Source of the DNA: an uncultured virus (IMG/VR IMGVR_UViG_2643221571_000003)
Lineage: Duplodnaviria > Heunggongvirae > Uroviricota > Caudoviricetes
Length of the DNA: 20,000 nucleotides
Virus record (IMG/VR): IMGVR_UViG_2643221571_000003
Coordinates: 50,261-70,260 of that record
Strand: one strand, 5' to 3'
Shown: positions 17,145 through 20,000 of the stretch, piece after piece
Layout of the letters: each line of letters opens with the position of its first letter
Position numbering within the stretch: position 1 is the first letter of the stretch
Notes under the pieces: generated by a model
What the model was told of the DNA's origin: nothing
Databases searched by the model: none
What the model saw: the letters and a program-made list of their open reading frames with translations, nothing else
Program-made: the position numbers and the translations under genes

Positions 17145-17570
17145 ATGAGCTTTACCATTTTAGGTCCTATATCCGAGGGCGGCACGAAGCTGCCTTTCTG
17201 CTCGTTTCGTGTACCTGCTGGGTTCCCATCACCGGCAGCCGATCACATCGAGCAGCATATCTCATTGGATGAGGTCCTAAATATCAGGGCGCCACACGTC
17301 TATCTGATCGCGATTACTGGCGAAAGTATGCAGGGTGCGGGGATTTTTGAGGGAGACCTGGCAGTTGTGGATCGGTCAATTGAGCCGGCCCACGGACACG
17401 TCGTTGTAGCTCTTTTGAACAACGATCCTGTCTGCAAGCGCCTGTGCAAGCGCGGCAAAGAGGTGATTCTCTTATCTGAAAATCCGAAATACCCAGCGCG
17501 GTATGTATTGGAGGGTGACGAGCTATCGATCTGGGGTGTGATCACAAGCACGGTGCGCAGTCATGTCTAA
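17145..17570 (+). CDS. rulA: DNA polymerase V subunit UmuD/RulA (S24 autopeptidase)
   Basis: VPAGFPSPA cleavage site, GESM catalytic Ser, VCKRL Lys; 141 aa from ATG 17145. Confidence 0.93.
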   Translation: MSFTILGPISEGGTKLPFCSFRVPAGFPSPAADHIEQHISLDEVLNIRAPHVYLIAITGESMQGAGIFEGDLAVVDRSIEPAHGHVVVALLNNDPVCKRLCKRGKEVILLSENPKYPARYVLEGDELSIWGVITSTVRSHV

Positions 17571-18837
17571 CGCGCAGGTCTTCGCACTGATTGACTGCAA
17601 TAGCTTCTATGCAAGTTGCGAGCGTGTCTTCCGTCCGGATCTGGCAAAGGTGCCCATTGTGGTGTTGAGCAATAACGACGGTTGCGTCATTGCCCGGAGT
17701 TACGACGCCAAGCCTTTCATCAAGATGGGCGAGCCGTATTTCCAAATCAAACATAAGCTGAAACAGCATGGGATCGTTCCTTTCTCATCCAACTACGCGC
17801 TCTATGGCGACATGAGCGAGCGAGTGATGACCCTGATCGAATCGATGGTTCCTGCCGTTGAGATTTACAGTATCGATGAGGCGTTTGCTGACCTGTCGGG
17901 TATTTCCGAGCTGGATGCTTTGGGGCGTCAGATCCGGGCGCGGGTATTGCGCTGCACTAGCATACCGGTGGGAGTTGGAATAGCGAGCACCAAGACCTTG
18001 GCCAAGCTGGCCAACCACACGGCAAAGCGATTGCAAGCTCAAACCGGTGGTGTGGTGAACATCACCGATCCGGTCAAGCGCGATTGGGTCCTGCGTAATA
18101 CTGACATCTGCGAAGTGTGGGGCGTAGGCCGCAAAATGAAGCTCCACTTCGACGCCATGGGCATAAAGTCAGCGATGGACCTGGCCAGGGCAGATCCTCG
18201 GACGCTCCGTAAGAAATTCAGCGTAGTGATCGAAAAGACGGCGCGGGAGCTGGCCGGCACATCGTGTCTGGAACTTGACGAGCCCGACCCGCCCAAGCAA
18301 GAAATATGCTGCAGCCGGATGTTCGGCAAACGGCTGACCGATCTGCCGCCGATCAAGGAGGCGGTGGCCACCTACATGATGCGCGCCTCAGAAAAGCTTC
18401 GCGCCCAAAACTCACTTTGTAAAAAGGTCCGCGTCTGCATCCGCACAGGCATGTTCAACCCCGAGGAGGGGAAGTATGCCAACGGCGTGGTGGTCGATAT
18501 GCCGTACCCCACCGATGACGTGCGCTTGCTCACGAAAGCCGCCGTCGATGCGCTCGACAGAATTTTCCGGCCGGGTTTCAAATACAGCAAGGCCGAGGTA
18601 ATGCTGCTCAACCTGTGCCAGCCAGGCGAATACACCGATGATCTTTTTGCAATATCGCGGCCGACCGAGGCAACCCAGGTCATGACTGTCCTTGATCAGA
18701 TCAATGAACGTTGGGGAAAGGGAACGCTTCGATCTGCCAGCGTACCTACCAACCCCGACTGGGGTATGCGTCGAGAGATGATGAGCCAGAGCTATACCAC
18801 TAAGCTGGACCAACTCTGGACGGTGGCCTGCAAGTAG
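17563..18837 (+). CDS. rulB: DNA polymerase V subunit UmuC/RulB (Y-family)
   Basis: LIDCNSFYASCE, VVLSNNDGCVIARS, YSIDEAF, TKTLAKLAN, C-terminal W.MRREMMSQSYTT; overlaps rulA; uninterrupted. Confidence 0.95.
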   Translation: MSNAQVFALIDCNSFYASCERVFRPDLAKVPIVVLSNNDGCVIARSYDAKPFIKMGEPYFQIKHKLKQHGIVPFSSNYALYGDMSERVMTLIESMVPAVEIYSIDEAFADLSGISELDALGRQIRARVLRCTSIPVGVGIASTKTLAKLANHTAKRLQAQTGGVVNITDPVKRDWVLRNTDICEVWGVGRKMKLHFDAMGIKSAMDLARADPRTLRKKFSVVIEKTARELAGTSCLELDEPDPPKQEICCSRMFGKRLTDLPPIKEAVATYMMRASEKLRAQNSLCKKVRVCIRTGMFNPEEGKYANGVVVDMPYPTDDVRLLTKAAVDALDRIFRPGFKYSKAEVMLLNLCQPGEYTDDLFAISRPTEATQVMTVLDQINERWGKGTLRSASVPTNPDWGMRREMMSQSYTTKLDQLWTVACK

Positions 18838-18840
18838 TGC

Positions 18841-19050
18841 TCATTCCTCCGTCATAAGGACAGCCAGCGACATTTTGATGAATTCTTCATTGTGGCCGAT
18901 TGTGAAAAGGGCGCCTCGCACATTGTCTGCCACCTCGGCGGAGCCACGTTGCTCAACCCAATTTGACAGCTCCAGGATGGACGCTTCGAGGGCAAGTTGG
19001 TTTTCGTAGAGTTTGGAAAGCAGGGAAGGGATTAGGTCTGAGTTCGGCAT
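18841..19050 (-). CDS. Conserved 69-aa hypothetical protein (copy 2)
   Basis: MPNSDLIPSLL...; RBS GGAGGA; paralog of 14545-14754. Confidence 0.8.
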   Translation of the reverse strand: MPNSDLIPSLLSKLYENQLALEASILELSNWVEQRGSAEVADNVRGALFTIGHNEEFIKMSLAVLMTEE

Positions 19051-19105
19051 CGTTGTTCCTCCGTGGAGCGAACAGCGTAGCAGGCAAATTATTGAGTTGG
19101 GAGAT

Positions 19106-19125
19106 CGGTCGGCAGGACGCCGGAG
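19106..19125. repeat. 20-bp motif CGGTCGGCAGGACGCCGGAG (copy 2)
   Basis: Identical to 14812-14831. Confidence 0.9.
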
Positions 19126-19131
19126 GAAGGG

Positions 19132-19164
19132 AATTGCGGAGCGGCTTCTAAAATTGCGGAGCGG
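19132..19164. repeat. Direct repeat AATTGCGGAGCGG x2 (candidate integrase arm sites)
   Basis: 13-bp perfect copies at 19132-19144 and 19152-19164, 20-bp period, 48 nt from the tRNA-Leu 3' end. Confidence 0.7.
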
Positions 19165-19204
19165 AAAAGATAAGGGCCTGCTCAGGTTTCCCTGGCAAGC
19201 CCTT
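19165..19204 (-). terminator. tRNA-Leu terminator hairpin
   Basis: Minus strand AAGGGCTTGC-CAGG-GAAA-CCTG-AGCAGGCCCTT followed by ATCTTTT. Confidence 0.6.
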
Positions 19205-19212
19205 GATATCTA

Positions 19213-19299
19213 TGGTGCCCGAACCCGGAATCGAACCGGGACGCCCTTACGAGCGGGGGATTTTAAGTCCCATGCGTCTACCAGTTTCGCCATTCGGGC
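19213..19299 (-). tRNA. tRNA-Leu (anticodon TAA)
   Basis: GCCCGAATGGCGAAACTGGTAGACGCATGGGACTTAAAATCCCCCGCTCGTAAGGGCGTCCCGGTTCGATTCCGGGTTCGGGCACCA: complete 87-nt cloverleaf with long variable arm and CCA. Confidence 0.97.
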
Positions 19300-19324
19300 G
19301 GTAGCGCGGTGTAGCAGGGTTGGG

Positions 19325-19353
19325 AATATATAGATCCTGTCGCTTCGGCGCAA
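19325..19353 (-). promoter_or_regulatory. Sigma70 promoter of tRNA-Leu
   Basis: TTGCGC-N17-TATATT on the minus strand, 25 nt upstream of the tRNA. Confidence 0.65.
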
Positions 19354-19472
19354 CCTCGAAACGCGCTTTCCTGCACAAAGATATGCGTGAAAAAGCGTGG
19401 CAGATCAGTCATCTACATGTTCGCCGAGTTAAGTCCTGATGAATTTATGCGGCGCAGGAACAAGCCTCATAA

Positions 19473-20000
19473 ATGACAGTCATAGCGATATGCCATCCCG
19501 GCAAATTGCAAAGGAATCAATTGATGCTCAGTGTCCGTAAGCATTCTTGGATGATGGCTTTTGGTGTAGCGGGCTTGTTGGGTGTGGCCATGGTCGGCCA
19601 GGCGCAGGCGGCGGGTGCGGTGCGTTGGGGAGAGTTCAGTGCATCGTCGACAGACAGATTGACGGGCGCCTCGGTAGAGGCGGGCAATACCTATGTGCTG
19701 AAGTCGTCGAGTATTTCCGTCGGCGATATCGAGGCGTTGCAAGCGGCGCAAAAGCGTAGCGAAAGCGAGCTGCAAAGCCTGAAAACCAAAGTGGATGGTC
19801 AGGATCGAGCATTTGACGAGTTCAAGCGTAAGGACGGGTCGAGTTCAAGCAGCAGTGACAGTCAGCTGTCGAGTCTCAAGCGCACAGTGGATGAGCAGAA
19901 AAATACCATAGACCGGCAGAAAGGCGAGATCGACGGCCTTAAACGCAGCCTGGATGATCTGAAACGCAGCGTTGAGACGTTGAGCAACAAGGTGAAGTGA
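19473..20000 (+). CDS. Exported coiled-coil hypothetical protein (true start probably ~19524-19554)
   Basis: Signal peptide ..GVAMVGQAQA, poly-Ser linker, C-terminal heptads; stop at 19998-20000; probably host gene. Confidence 0.65.
   Translation: MTVIAICHPGKLQRNQLMLSVRKHSWMMAFGVAGLLGVAMVGQAQAAGAVRWGEFSASSTDRLTGASVEAGNTYVLKSSSISVGDIEALQAAQKRSESELQSLKTKVDGQDRAFDEFKRKDGSSSSSSDSQLSSLKRTVDEQKNTIDRQKGEIDGLKRSLDDLKRSVETLSNKVK

Noticed and set aside
14812..19125. 20-bp repeats as CRISPR or IS ends
   Set aside because: Only two direct copies 4.3 kb apart, no spacers, cas genes or transposase; explained by the paralogous modules.

Overview
Right-hand end of a lambdoid (siphovirus-type) prophage in a Pseudomonas-like genome, followed by a second, decayed element. 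1-10068 holds tail tip genes (K, I, J), two tip-associated genes, tail fibre and assembly protein, a SleB-like endolysin and nested Rz/Rz1 spanins. Three accessory genes are inserted among them: an antisense membrane protein, a lipoprotein and a candidate HEPN-like RNase. 10101-14754 is cargo: a stand-alone GAF protein, a chemoreceptor (MCP), an XRE regulator, an SRAP protein, a LexA-boxed coiled-coil gene and a 69-aa protein. The prophage ends at a 3' fragment of tRNA-Ser(TGA) (attR, 14960-15022). The ~4.2 kb from there to a convergent intact tRNA-Leu(TAA) (19213-19299) holds small orphan genes, a TPR-like exported protein, an internally deleted SRAP, intact LexA-boxed rulAB/umuDC and a second copy of the 69-aa gene. 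The most notable signals are (1) a terminal module present twice, each time beside an att/tRNA (SRAP, SOS-box gene(s), 69-aa ORF, identical 20-bp upstream motif), (2) the HEPN-like gene between tail genes I and J, and (3) the prophage-borne MCP+GAF pair. All calls come from motif recognition by eye; no database searches were run.
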